64,000 bases of DNA. It comes from Candidatus Aminicenantes bacterium (GTDB lineage Bacteria > Acidobacteriota > Aminicenantia > Aminicenantales > JAFGBC01). Under the pieces are notes generated by a model. The model was not told the origin of the DNA and did no database searches. It saw only the letters and a program-made list of their open reading frames with translations. The stretch is taken from assembly GCA_963702005.1 (NCBI GenBank), contig OY969696.1, positions 800,001 through 864,000 of the forward strand, in the 5' to 3' direction. Numbering within the stretch: position 1 is the stretch's first letter; each line of letters starts with the position of its first letter. The translations under genes and the position numbers were made by a program. Below are positions 38,147 through 48,688 of the stretch, in pieces.

Positions 38147-40665
38147 ATGAAATTGAAATTCGCGGCCTTTTTAGTTTTTTTGCTCGCGGCCATCGTCTTC
38201 ATCGGAGCCGCCCCGGGAATTCAGCAGAAGCCGACCCCAGCCCTGAAAAACAAGGCCCTGCCCCCCGGCTGGTCGACGCCGGTCGACATCTGTCCGAAAT
38301 TCCAGTACTGGAGCTATGACTCTCGGGTCACGACCGACGCAACCGGGACGAAGGTCGCCGCCGTCTGGGTCGAGGAAGGCGGGGGCGGCAAACGAATCGG
38401 ATTCAATACCAACGAAACCGGAACCTGGGAGACCGCGAGGTTCATCAACGATGGGTACATGATCGGCGAATACCCCGCGCCAGAGCTTGCCTTCGACATG
38501 AACGGCGACATCTGCGTCACCCACCAGTCGCGGATGGGGAGCGGCAACTACGAGATCCTCTTCCTCAAACGGCATGCCGGAACGTGGAGCGATCACGAGA
38601 ACGTTTCCAGAACGGGCACCGGCGGATCCATGTCGTCCTCGATGATGATCGATCCGACGACCAATGATTATTATATTCCCTGGCAGGACGACTGGGAGCG
38701 GCCTTATGAACTCGCTACCTATTGGGGACTCTACGTCGACCGGAAGACCCAGGGTGCCGGTGAGTGGAACCCCGAGGGCCGCATCCCCGACCCGACGAAT
38801 CGGAGCTACTTCCCCGACGGCGTCATTAACAGCCGGGGACACGCTTTTGTCGTCTGGGACAACCGGGCCGACATGGGGATCTCCCACGTCTTTTTCTCCG
38901 AGAACAAGACCCCGATCGACGGGGCGGCCTGGACGGCCTACTTCGACGTGTCCGGGAACACCGGCACGGCGGACAACTGGGGCTTCGCCTATCCCCGGAT
39001 CACTTGCGACGACAAAGACAACATCTATGTCTGCTGGCTCCAGAACATCGGAAACTGGGAGGCGTTCTTCCGGAAGCGAGTCGATGGAATATGGCTCGGC
39101 CGCGAGAATGTCTCCAGCACGCCCGGCAAATCGGCGCGTCCGACGGTGGCCGTCAGCCGCAAGACGGGAGAGATCTATATGGCCTGGGGGGAAAACATAA
39201 CGACCGGCTGGTCCGTCCTCATGAAGATCTGGACCAACCAGAACACCCAGAAGAAATGGCAGTGGAGCGATGCGATCAACATGACGCCGGACTCTCAGAC
39301 CGCCGATTATCCCAGCCTGTTCGCGGATGCCAACGGCGGCATCCACCTCGTCTACACCAGCAACATATCGGGCGTCTACCACATCTGGTACACAGGCAAG
39401 CTCGGCGAGATCGCGGGCTATCCTCCGCTCAACGTCGCGGCCGCCAGCAAAGCGACCGCGGCCGACCCCCGGCGCAAAGACACAACCATCAGCTGGGAGG
39501 AAAATCCCGATAACAAGCCGATCACCCTCCTGAGCTACAAGATCTACCGGAAGAAAAAGGGCGATCCGGATTCGAGCTATATAACCGCGGGAACCGTTGA
39601 CGCGAGCGCCCTTCAATTCAAAGATCCGAACCTCCTGGGCGTCCAAATCTATACCTACAAAGTGACCTCGATCGCCAGGGGAGATCTCGAAAGCCCGGCC
39701 TCGACTGCCGTCGACGACCAGCTTGTCGCGCCGCCCTTTTTCCCCCGACCAACCTGGCCGTCGTAAGCGCGTTGGGCGACGGCATCTACAAGAAGGACAA
39801 CACCCTGACCTGGCAGAAAAACACTCAGAACCGGGCCAGCGAGGTCGCCAAATATCGGATCTACCGGAAGAAGGTCAATGAGGACGACGCCGCCTACGTC
39901 CTGGCCGGAGAGGTCGCGGCGACCGTCTTCAGCTTCAAGGACGTCGGCCTGGTCAACGACCAGAAGTTTACCTATACGGCGGTCTCCTATTCCATCTACA
40001 GTTTGGAAAGCGCCCGCTCGGCTCCCGTCACGGACCTCAAGGTCTACGCGATGACCTACCCGCCGGCCTCGCCGGCTTTGTCCTCCCAGCTCGACACGAC
40101 TTCGGGGACCAAGATCAACGTCCTGACCTGGCAGGATAACCCCCAGAACCAGGGCCTTCCGATCAAGAGCTATCGGATCTACCGGAAGCCCTTGGGCGGG
40201 ACATCTTACGCGCTGCTCGGAACCGTGACCTCCGACGTTCATCGTTTTGACGACGACAATCTGGCGACGAACGGCAAGTACTACTATAAGCTGACCTCCG
40301 TCCCCGAATGGAAGATCGAGAGCGACCGATCGTCGGCCCTGCCCGAGAATTGGGTCTTCCCTCCGATCAACATCGCCCTCCTGACGGTCGTCAACGATTA
40401 CCTCCTGTACCAGGAGAAGGTCAATAAGCTGACCTGGGCCCGGAGCGCCCTGAACGATCCGGTGACCGTGGCGAGTTATAATATCTACCGCCGCAAGAGC
40501 ACGGAGGACGACGCGGCCTTCAGCGTCCTCACTACGGTCAGCGGCACGGTCTTCGAATACCTCGACCGTAAGCTCCCCTTGACCGAGAAATACGTCTACC
40601 GGATCACGGCCGAGGACAGCGCAGGGCACGAAAGCGCCGTTTCGGCCAGCTTCAGCGAAAGCTGA
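38147..40665 (+). CDS. Secreted beta-propeller + 4x FN3-like repeat protein, paralogue 1 (one-base frameshift)
   Basis: ORFs 38147-39766 and 39772-40665 join into one 839-aa protein if the C5 run at 39742-39746 is C6, as in paralogue 2 (FFPPTNLAV). Signal peptide; propeller blades (P....D..G.I.V.W); FN3-like LTW..N..N...Y.IYRK repeats. Confidence 0.8.
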
Positions 40666-40723
40666 GCGGGGCCCCCTGAAATATCTTGGCTGGAATATGC
40701 ATCGTCCAGAGGAGAGATAGAGA

Positions 40724-43210
40724 ATGAAAAGAACGATCGTGCCGGCGCTTGCGATCTGCGCGGCTCTTTTGCTGATGGCGGGATTCGTTCTTGCCAAGGA
40801 CCAGCCCGCCAAGTCCGGGAAGACCGTCCAGGCCGCCGCCGATTGGACCACGGCCGTCGATATCAGCCCGACCCTGGTCGGTTATAACGTCGACGCCCGG
40901 CTCGTGACCGATCCGGTAGGCCAGAAAGTCTATGTCGTCTGGCCGGAAACCCACCAGACCAAGAGGCTCTATTTCGTCACCAACGAGTCTGGCGCGTGGG
41001 GTACGGTCCAGGATATCAGCTCGTACCAGATCGGCGAGTACCCCGGGCCGGAGATCAACCTGGACAACGACGGGAACGTCCTCGTCGCCTCCCAGGCGCG
41101 GATGTCAACCGGCAACTACGAGATCGTCTTCAAGGAGCGGAAGAACGGGACCTGGTCCCCGGTCGAAAACGTATCCCAAACCCCGACGGGCGGCTCCCAA
41201 TCGGCCTCCATCCTGGTCGACCGGAATACGAACGATTTTTACGTCATCTGGCAGGATGATTTCGAGCGGCCCTCCGATGACGTTGCCTACTGGAAGGGCT
41301 ACCTCAGATACAAGATCAAGGGCGAGGGCCCCTGGATCTATTCGGGCGTCATCGCCGAAGAAACGGGACGCTGCTATTTCCATATCGCCGACATGGATGC
41401 CCAAGGCAAGGCCTATGTGGCCTTCGACAATCGGGCCACCGGCAACAAGGCGATCGTCCAGTTCGCCCAGAATCCGACGCCCAAAGACCATACGACCTGG
41501 ACGCGGCCGATCAACGTCTCGGATTTCACTTATCTGTATTTTTCCTATCCCAAGATGGCCTGCGACGGTAGCGGAAACGTCTACGTCGTCTGGACCAAGC
41601 AGCTTGACAACGGAAACATCGACATCTTCTTCCGGAAGCGGATCAACGGCGTTTGGACGCCGAACGAAAACCTGTCCGATACCCAGACCGTTTCCTATAA
41701 TCCCACGATCGCCGTCAACAAGCTCACCGGGCAGGTCTGCGTCGCCTGGGCCGAGCAGAGCGGCGCCAACTCCGAAATCTATTACCGGGAGAGCACGGCG
41801 ACGGGCTGGACCGACGTCAGGAACATGACGAAGAATGCGTCGTATTCCGATTATCCGGCGCTCTACGTGGACCTGATCGGCGGCGTTCATCTCGTCTACT
41901 CGGACAACCTGACCGGGAACTATCACGTCTACTACATGCACAGGGCAGGCGAGGGCGGCTGCTTCCCGCCGCTCAACCTGACCGCGGTCAGCAAGGCGAC
42001 CGCCGCCGACCCCCGGAAGAAGACCAATACCCTGACCTGGGAGAAAAACCCCTACAACGGGAAGCTGACGGTCACGAATTACAAGATCTACCGGAAAAAG
42101 AAAGACGACCCGGACACGGCCTATAAACTCCTGACGACGTTAGGCAACAACGTCTTCCAGTACCAGGACGCCGACCTGCTCGGCGTCCAGCAATACACCT
42201 ACCGGGCGACGACCGTCGTCAAGGGAAATCATGAAAGCGAAGGCTCGACCCCGGCCGACGATCAGTTCATCTCGCCGCCGTTCTTCCCCCCGACCAACCT
42301 GGCCGTCATGAGCGCGCTGGGCGACGGCATCTATAAGAAGGACGACACCCTGACCTGGCAGAAGAACGCTCAGAACAGAGCCAGCGAAGTCGCCAAGTAC
42401 CGAATCTACCGGAAGAAAGTCGAGGAGGACGACACCGCTTACGTCCTGGCCGGAGAAGTCGCGGCGACCGTCTTCAGCTTCAAGGACGTTGGCCTGGTCA
42501 ATAACCAGCGGTACAGCTACGCCGCGGTCTCCTATTCCATCTACAGCCATGAGAGCCTGCTCTCGGCGTCGGTCACGGATCTTGCCGTTTTCGCGACGAC
42601 CTACCCGCCGGTCTCCCCCGAGCTCTCCTCGCGGCTCGATACTACGACGTCGACCAAAATCAATACGCTGAGATGGCTGGACAACTCCCAAAATCAAGGC
42701 CTCCCGATCAAAAGCTATCGGATTTACCGGAAGGCCGAAAGCGATTCGAGCTACGCTTTGGCCGGCACCGTCGGCGTCGAGACCCACCGCTTCAACGACT
42801 TCAGCCTGGAAACATCGGTCAAATACGTCTACAAGCTGACGTCGGTTCCCGACTGGGACATCGAGAGCGGCCCGACCTCCGTCCTGAGCGAGGCCCGGGT
42901 CTTCCCCCCCGAAAACATCGTCCTCCAGACCGTCGTCAACAGCTTTCTTTTATACCAGGAGAAGGTCAATAAGCTGACTTGGGTTCTGAATGCCCTTAAT
43001 GACCCGGTGACCGTCGCGAGCTATAAGATCTATCGCAAAAAGACGGGCGAGGACGATTCGGCCTACGCCCTCGTGGGCACGGCCGGCGGCGCGTCTGTTG
43101 AATATCTCGACCGGAAGCTGCCGTTGACCGATAAATACGTTTACCGAATCACGGCCGTGGACAGCTTGGGGAACGAGAGCAACGCTTCGACCGGCTACGG
43201 TGAGAGCTGA
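40724..43210 (+). CDS. Secreted beta-propeller + 4x FN3-like repeat protein, paralogue 2
   Basis: Signal peptide; collinear with paralogue 1 (IGEYP.PE, GNYEI.F, WQDD.ERP); four FN3-like repeats. Confidence 0.85.
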   Translation: MKRTIVPALAICAALLLMAGFVLAKDQPAKSGKTVQAAADWTTAVDISPTLVGYNVDARLVTDPVGQKVYVVWPETHQTKRLYFVTNESGAWGTVQDISSYQIGEYPGPEINLDNDGNVLVASQARMSTGNYEIVFKERKNGTWSPVENVSQTPTGGSQSASILVDRNTNDFYVIWQDDFERPSDDVAYWKGYLRYKIKGEGPWIYSGVIAEETGRCYFHIADMDAQGKAYVAFDNRATGNKAIVQFAQNPTPKDHTTWTRPINVSDFTYLYFSYPKMACDGSGNVYVVWTKQLDNGNIDIFFRKRINGVWTPNENLSDTQTVSYNPTIAVNKLTGQVCVAWAEQSGANSEIYYRESTATGWTDVRNMTKNASYSDYPALYVDLIGGVHLVYSDNLTGNYHVYYMHRAGEGGCFPPLNLTAVSKATAADPRKKTNTLTWEKNPYNGKLTVTNYKIYRKKKDDPDTAYKLLTTLGNNVFQYQDADLLGVQQYTYRATTVVKGNHESEGSTPADDQFISPPFFPPTNLAVMSALGDGIYKKDDTLTWQKNAQNRASEVAKYRIYRKKVEEDDTAYVLAGEVAATVFSFKDVGLVNNQRYSYAAVSYSIYSHESLLSASVTDLAVFATTYPPVSPELSSRLDTTTSTKINTLRWLDNSQNQGLPIKSYRIYRKAESDSSYALAGTVGVETHRFNDFSLETSVKYVYKLTSVPDWDIESGPTSVLSEARVFPPENIVLQTVVNSFLLYQEKVNKLTWVLNALNDPVTVASYKIYRKKTGEDDSAYALVGTAGGASVEYLDRKLPLTDKYVYRITAVDSLGNESNASTGYGES

Positions 43211-45618
43211 AGCCGGGAGAGGACCGCGAGGCCCGCGGGAAGAAGGAACTCGACCGTCGCCGGCCCCCCGGCCTTTTCCGGCTTCTCCTTGTCGTAGTAG
43301 TAGTCGTAACCTGCGAATAAGCGCGGCTTCTCGGAGAAGGGCGGGAGCTTAAAAATCGCGCGGACTCCCCCCAGATTAGCGTTTTCGTAAGATCCGACCT
43401 TGCCCTTGAACAGGACGAGCCGGGCCGTCTCCTTCCCGGCGGCGTCCGCGACTTCGAGGAAGGGGTTGAGGACGTAATCGTCGCCGAAGCGGAGTTCCCC
43501 CCCGTAGATGGAACTCGTCAACCTCCAGCCGGAGCCCGTCCGAGCGAGCGTCACGGCTTGGAAGTAATCATCCCCGCGGGTGTTGGGAAGGGCCGCGTAG
43601 CTGAAAATGTATTCGATCTTTTTTTTGGGTTTCCCTGCATCGAGCCGGACGTCGGCCAGCGGCATCTCTTTCCGGAGGCGGCGGGCGGGGTCGAGTCCGG
43701 GGACTTTTGAGGTGAAAGCGAATTCGTATCCGATCAGAGCCTTATAGCGGCCGGGAGCGAGCTCCAGGGACACGGACTTGGAGAAGGCCGCGACCCCGCC
43801 GCCCGGCTTTCCGAAATCGCCGTTTTTAAGGACGAGACGGGCCGCCTCGCGTTCTCTCTCGTCGACGAGACGGACATAGGGCATAAAGACCCGTTCATCC
43901 TTGCGGCGGAGGCCGGCCGCCTTGATCGAGCTCCTGAGCGTCCAGGCTTTGTCCGATGTCCGGACCAAGGTCGCCGACTGGGTGTACTCTTTAAAGTTGC
44001 CGGGAAAGCCGGGGTCGGGGCAGGTGCTGAGACGATAGATCTTGATGGTCGGATTGTGGAGGTCGATCAGCTTATCATCCCACTTGGGGACGAAGGTTTT
44101 GATGAGGACGGCCTTTTCATCGAGCGAGCGATAGAAAGCGGCCTGGGCCGGAAAGTCCTTGGGATAGGGAACAAACCGGCCGTATTCGAGGTCGCTGATG
44201 ACGGCGTATTCAACCCCGCGGCGGGCCAGCCAGTCGAGGTTGATCTGGCTGAGGCTGGGGGTCTTGAAATAGACGCGGTAGACCCCGGGCGATATAGGCG
44301 GCCCGTATTGCTCAAGGGCTATCTTTGTCTTGGGGGGGAGGTTGGCCTCGATCCAGTCCTTGGCGACGGTTCGGGTGTCGGGGCGGATGAGGTTGATGTC
44401 GAATTTTGCGACCTTGACGGCCGAAGGCAAGACGACCAAGACGATCAGGGCCGCGCTCAGCCAGCCGCCTCGCCTCGTCCCGGGCCGATCCCCGGGCACG
44501 GCCGCCCCTCCGCTGAATGGGCGCCGGGACAGCAGCCAATCCAGGAAGAAAGCCGCGATCAGGATGAAGAAAGGCGCCGCCGGAAGCATATAGCGCGTCG
44601 CATAGGTCTTCCAGGTCGAGACCGTGACCTGAAGGACTAGAGGGGCGGAAAACAGGATCCACTCCCGCCTCCGACTCTTGATGAAGCCGAGAATGAAGCC
44701 CCCCAGGGCGAGGACCTGAATGATGAGCCCCAAGTTCTCAAGGAATCCGTACCGCAAGTAGAAGAGAGGAACGCTGACCGACGGGGCCGTTCCATAATGG
44801 CCGAAGCTGAAGAGGTGGCCCGACTGCCAATTGAAATGGGATTTGAAGGTCGAAAAATCGGACAGGATATAGGGGCAGGATCCCAGGAAGGCCAGGATGA
44901 AAGCGACTCCCGAGCCGATCAGGGGGAGGCTGAATACGATCTTCCACAGCGGCTTTTTGCGTTCGAGCCCCCGAAAGAGGTGGGCCAGGAACAGGGGGAT
45001 GAATAGCACGTGGCCCCCGTACTTGGTCGCGAAGGCCAGGCCGGCGAAAAGGCCGGCCAGGAGGTAATCCCGTGTTTTTCCTTCTTGGTAAACGGCCCAG
45101 ACGAACAGAAAGGAGAGAACGATGAACAAGATCATCGGGCCGTCCGGATTCAGGTAGTGGGACGCCCGGTTATGCTCCAGGGAGAATATGAGGAATAGGG
45201 CGGCCAAGGCACCGACTCTTGGACCGTACATCTTCTTCCCGAGGACATACATGAAAAAGACAGTCAAGACGCTCATCAGGGCCGTCAAGAGGCGGCCGGC
45301 CATATAGAGGAGAGAAGGGTCCTTGGCGAAGCGACCGAGCAGGTCCTCTCTGGTGTTGAATTGGCCGGAGACCTTGCCCGTTAAATAGACACCTTCCCAG
45401 GCTGCCGCGACTAAATAAATATAGAGCGAAGGAATATAGAAGAAATGAGGGTTGAGATCACCTCTGAGGACGCCCGCCGAGAGCTGGGCGAATCGGGCTT
45501 CATCGACATGATAGACGTTGGGGAGCCCAAAGGACAGGCCCGCCAGCCTGACCACGACCGCCAGCAGGATGAGGGCGGCGACGAGGGCCTTGTCGCGGGA
45601 GCGCGTTTGAGTGTCCAT
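43195..45618 (-). CDS. GT-C (ArnT/PMT-like) membrane glycosyltransferase with C-terminal duplicated domain
   Basis: H.DE in the first loop, LNPHFF..P, GR, GLAFATKY, RYMLP; many TM helices; long soluble tail. Confidence 0.85.
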   Translation of the reverse strand: MDTQTRSRDKALVAALILLAVVVRLAGLSFGLPNVYHVDEARFAQLSAGVLRGDLNPHFFYIPSLYIYLVAAAWEGVYLTGKVSGQFNTREDLLGRFAKDPSLLYMAGRLLTALMSVLTVFFMYVLGKKMYGPRVGALAALFLIFSLEHNRASHYLNPDGPMILFIVLSFLFVWAVYQEGKTRDYLLAGLFAGLAFATKYGGHVLFIPLFLAHLFRGLERKKPLWKIVFSLPLIGSGVAFILAFLGSCPYILSDFSTFKSHFNWQSGHLFSFGHYGTAPSVSVPLFYLRYGFLENLGLIIQVLALGGFILGFIKSRRREWILFSAPLVLQVTVSTWKTYATRYMLPAAPFFILIAAFFLDWLLSRRPFSGGAAVPGDRPGTRRGGWLSAALIVLVVLPSAVKVAKFDINLIRPDTRTVAKDWIEANLPPKTKIALEQYGPPISPGVYRVYFKTPSLSQINLDWLARRGVEYAVISDLEYGRFVPYPKDFPAQAAFYRSLDEKAVLIKTFVPKWDDKLIDLHNPTIKIYRLSTCPDPGFPGNFKEYTQSATLVRTSDKAWTLRSSIKAAGLRRKDERVFMPYVRLVDEREREAARLVLKNGDFGKPGGGVAAFSKSVSLELAPGRYKALIGYEFAFTSKVPGLDPARRLRKEMPLADVRLDAGKPKKKIEYIFSYAALPNTRGDDYFQAVTLARTGSGWRLTSSIYGGELRFGDDYVLNPFLEVADAAGKETARLVLFKGKVGSYENANLGGVRAIFKLPPFSEKPRLFAGYDYYYDKEKPEKAGGPATVEFLLPAGLAVLSRLQLSP

Positions 45619-45630
45619 GAGCCAAGCTTT

Positions 45631-45659
45631 AATCTACAAAATGGGGGCGATTACGTCAA
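45631..45659 (-). promoter_or_regulatory. sigma70 promoter of the GT-C gene
   Basis: TTGACG-17 nt-TAGATT. Confidence 0.55.
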
Positions 45660-45813
45660 CCTCGGAGGGCTGAGCGGCGCCGGGAGGGGCTGAGCGTCGT
45701 TTTTTCTGGTAGAGTGGAAACGGCGGGTCCATATGATATCACTATTTGCGGTTAGCCGATGAGGGTGATCCGGGGTCATAATAAATCATCGCGGGAATCA
45801 CCGCCCGTGATGA

Positions 45814-45842
45814 TTGACCATTCCGATTCCGTCCCCTATCTT
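45814..45842 (+). promoter_or_regulatory. Possible sigma70 promoter of paralogue 3
   Basis: TTGACC-17 nt-TATCTT; an inverted repeat at 45784-45815 touches the -35. Confidence 0.45.
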
Positions 45843-45873
45843 GATAAGCGGAGTATCTGGATAAGGTAGCGCC

Positions 45874-48672
45874 ATGAGGAAAAAAACCCTAATTTGTTTT
45901 TTTTGCGCCGTTCTCGGCCTGATCCTCGTTCTTCTGGGCGGTAAGCCCCTGGCCGGCGGCGATACCCTGAAGAAAGTCTCGCCCTATAAGCTGAAGGTGG
46001 GAGCGCCCATTAACATCTCGAGCACGGGAGCGCCCTCCGAAGACCCCGAGATCGTGGCCGGCAACGGCGGCAAGGCCTATGTCGTCTGGGTCGAGGTCAA
46101 GGGGCCCAAAGAGCTCTGGTTCAACACCAACGAGACCGGAAATTGGGGGAACAAGGCCCGCGTCGACCCGCCCTTCTCCCTGGGGTCGGGCGAAGGCGGC
46201 CGCCCCTGCCTGGTCATGGATAAGACCGGCCGGCTCCACTACGTCTATCAGGGCAAGTCGTCCTCGGGCAATTACGAAATCATCTACAACAGCGGCAAGA
46301 ACCGGAGCTGGGCCGGGAACGAGAACGCCTCCCAGACGGACGGGGGCCAGGTCTGGGGCGGTTCGAACTACCCGAGCGTCGACGTTTCGCCCACGGATTT
46401 ATATCGTTACGCGGTCTGGATGGACGATTCGAGCTCCCCGGACCACTGGGAGCTCTTCATGCGCTTCAAGGGGCCGGAATCGACGGCTTGGAGCTCCCTC
46501 CAAGTCCTGCCGGGCTATCCGAACTGCTATGAACCCGAAATCACCATCGACGGGACCGGGACGGCCCACGTCATCTACACCCGGCGGGCCTATGGCAGCG
46601 CCGTCATCTGGTACATGTCGAACAGCACCCCGGCGGATCTGAAAGCCTGGACAACTACGACCATAATCTCGGGCCAGAGCGGAATCGATTTCCCCGAGCC
46701 GACGGCGACCTCTGACAACTACGGAAACGTCTATGTCGTCTGGCCCAATATGGTCAACGGCCAGAGCGACATCTATTTCCGGAAGAAGATCAACGGGGCT
46801 TGGCAGCCGATCGAGAACGTCTCTAAAACCGAGAGCGGCTCCTTATACCCGGACGTCGCCGTCGATAAGAACACCGGCGTCGTCGGAGTCGTCTGGCAGG
46901 AGAAGGTCGGCGCCACCTGGCAGATATTCTTCAAATACTTCCAGAACGGGGGCTGGGCCAGCGCCGTCAATGTCAGCAACAACAGCGGCCATAGCATGGA
47001 CCCAACCATCGCCTTCGACGAGACGGGGCAGGTCCACATCGCCTATGTCGGCTACGTCAACGGCCAGGAGGATATCTTCTACTCGGGGGCCGAAGGCGGG
47101 GCCATGATCTATCCCCCCATCAATCTCGCCGTCGAGAGCAAGGCGGCCAGCGAGCCCCATAAAAAATTCAACACCCTGACCTGGGAGGCCAACCCCGACA
47201 ACAAGGGGATTACGATCACGAATTACAGGATCTACCGCAAAAAAAAGGACCAGCCCGACGCCGATTACGCGCCGATCGGCACCGTCGGGAATACCGTCTT
47301 TTCCTACCGGGACACGGACCTCCCCAGCAACCAGCAGTTCACCTATAACATGACCTCGATCGCCGACGGAAACCAGGAGAGCATGGGCTCGGAGTCCGTG
47401 ACCGACGAGATCGTCCTCCCGCCCGTCTTCCCGCCGACCGGATTCGCGATCGTGAGCGATATCGGAAGCGGTCCCCACAAGAAGGACAACACCCTGACCT
47501 GGGCCAAGAACTCCGTCAATAAGGAGAGCGAGGTCGCCAAGTACAAGATCTACAGGAAGAAGGCCGAACAGTCATCGGAGGAATTCGCCTTCATCGGATC
47601 GGTCGGGCCGTCGGTCTTCAGCTACCGGGACCGGGATCTGGTCAACGACCAGAAATACACCTACAACATGACGACCTTCTCGACCTACGGGAACGAAAGC
47701 GATCCGACCCCTTCCCTGACCGACAAGGAAGTTTGGCCTCCGATCTATCCTCCGGTCAATGCGGCCGTGGTCAGCGCCCTGGGGGACGGCCCCTACAAAA
47801 AAGACAACACCCTGACCTGGGCCAAAAACGCGGACAATAAGCCCAGCGAGGTCGTCAAGTACAAGATCCTCCGCAAAAAGGTCGAGGACTCGCCGGCCGC
47901 TTACGAGGTCATCGGGTCGGTCGGGCCTGACGTCTTCAGCTACAAAGACAAGAACCTCGTCAACGACCAGCGCTACACCTATACGCTGGTGACCCTTTCC
48001 TACTTCGGGAACGAGAGCGACCGATCCGGGTCCGTAACCGACCGGGCCGTCTACGCTCCGACCTATGCTCCTTTAAGCCTCGCCCTCACGACGCGGCTCG
48101 ACGAAACCCAGACCAAGAAAATCAACGTCCTGACCTGGCAGGACGACCCCCAGAACGAGGACCTTCCCATCAAGAACATCCGGATCTACCGGAAGCTCGA
48201 CGGGAACGGGGACTACCTCTTGTTCGCGACCGTCTCGGCCGGCGTCCATCGCTTCGAGGATAAGAGCCTGGCCACGACGAAAAAATACCTCTACTTGCTG
48301 ACCTCGGTCCCGGCCTGGGGGATCGAGAGCGCGCGGAGCTTGCCCGTCTTGGAGGAGTGGGTCTTCCCGCCGATCAGCCTCAACCTCCAGACCCAGGTCA
48401 ACGACGGCCTGTTCTTCAAGGAAAAGATCAACACGATCCGCTGGAAGAAGAACCCGCTCAACGACGCCCGGACCGTCGTGAAATACGGGCTGTGGCGCAA
48501 GCTGGTCGGTCAGGACGACTCCGCGTTCAAAGTCCTGGCGGAACTCGACGCGTCCGTCCTGGAGTACCTGGACCGGGGCTTAGGGCTCGACGATAAATAC
48601 GTCTACGTCCTGACGACGGTCGACTCGGTCGGGAACGAAAGCAACAAGTCGAGAAACCTGCCCAAGGACTGA
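45874..48672 (+). CDS. Secreted beta-propeller + 5x FN3-like repeat protein, paralogue 3
   Basis: Signal peptide; FNTNETG.W and GNYEI shared with paralogues; five PP.N...N.LTW...Y.I.RK repeats. Confidence 0.85.
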   Translation: MRKKTLICFFCAVLGLILVLLGGKPLAGGDTLKKVSPYKLKVGAPINISSTGAPSEDPEIVAGNGGKAYVVWVEVKGPKELWFNTNETGNWGNKARVDPPFSLGSGEGGRPCLVMDKTGRLHYVYQGKSSSGNYEIIYNSGKNRSWAGNENASQTDGGQVWGGSNYPSVDVSPTDLYRYAVWMDDSSSPDHWELFMRFKGPESTAWSSLQVLPGYPNCYEPEITIDGTGTAHVIYTRRAYGSAVIWYMSNSTPADLKAWTTTTIISGQSGIDFPEPTATSDNYGNVYVVWPNMVNGQSDIYFRKKINGAWQPIENVSKTESGSLYPDVAVDKNTGVVGVVWQEKVGATWQIFFKYFQNGGWASAVNVSNNSGHSMDPTIAFDETGQVHIAYVGYVNGQEDIFYSGAEGGAMIYPPINLAVESKAASEPHKKFNTLTWEANPDNKGITITNYRIYRKKKDQPDADYAPIGTVGNTVFSYRDTDLPSNQQFTYNMTSIADGNQESMGSESVTDEIVLPPVFPPTGFAIVSDIGSGPHKKDNTLTWAKNSVNKESEVAKYKIYRKKAEQSSEEFAFIGSVGPSVFSYRDRDLVNDQKYTYNMTTFSTYGNESDPTPSLTDKEVWPPIYPPVNAAVVSALGDGPYKKDNTLTWAKNADNKPSEVVKYKILRKKVEDSPAAYEVIGSVGPDVFSYKDKNLVNDQRYTYTLVTLSYFGNESDRSGSVTDRAVYAPTYAPLSLALTTRLDETQTKKINVLTWQDDPQNEDLPIKNIRIYRKLDGNGDYLLFATVSAGVHRFEDKSLATTKKYLYLLTSVPAWGIESARSLPVLEEWVFPPISLNLQTQVNDGLFFKEKINTIRWKKNPLNDARTVVKYGLWRKLVGQDDSAFKVLAELDASVLEYLDRGLGLDDKYVYVLTTVDSVGNESNKSRNLPKD

Positions 48673-48688
48673 AAAACTACCGCCCCGC

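Noticed and set aside
39772-40665. Stand-alone FN3 protein
   Set aside because: No signal peptide or RBS; it is the collinear 3' half of paralogue 1.
38147-48672. Diversity-generating retroelement template/variable repeats among the similar stalk segments
   Set aside because: Differences are mostly synonymous and not adenine-specific, all copies are coding, and no reverse transcriptase is in the window.
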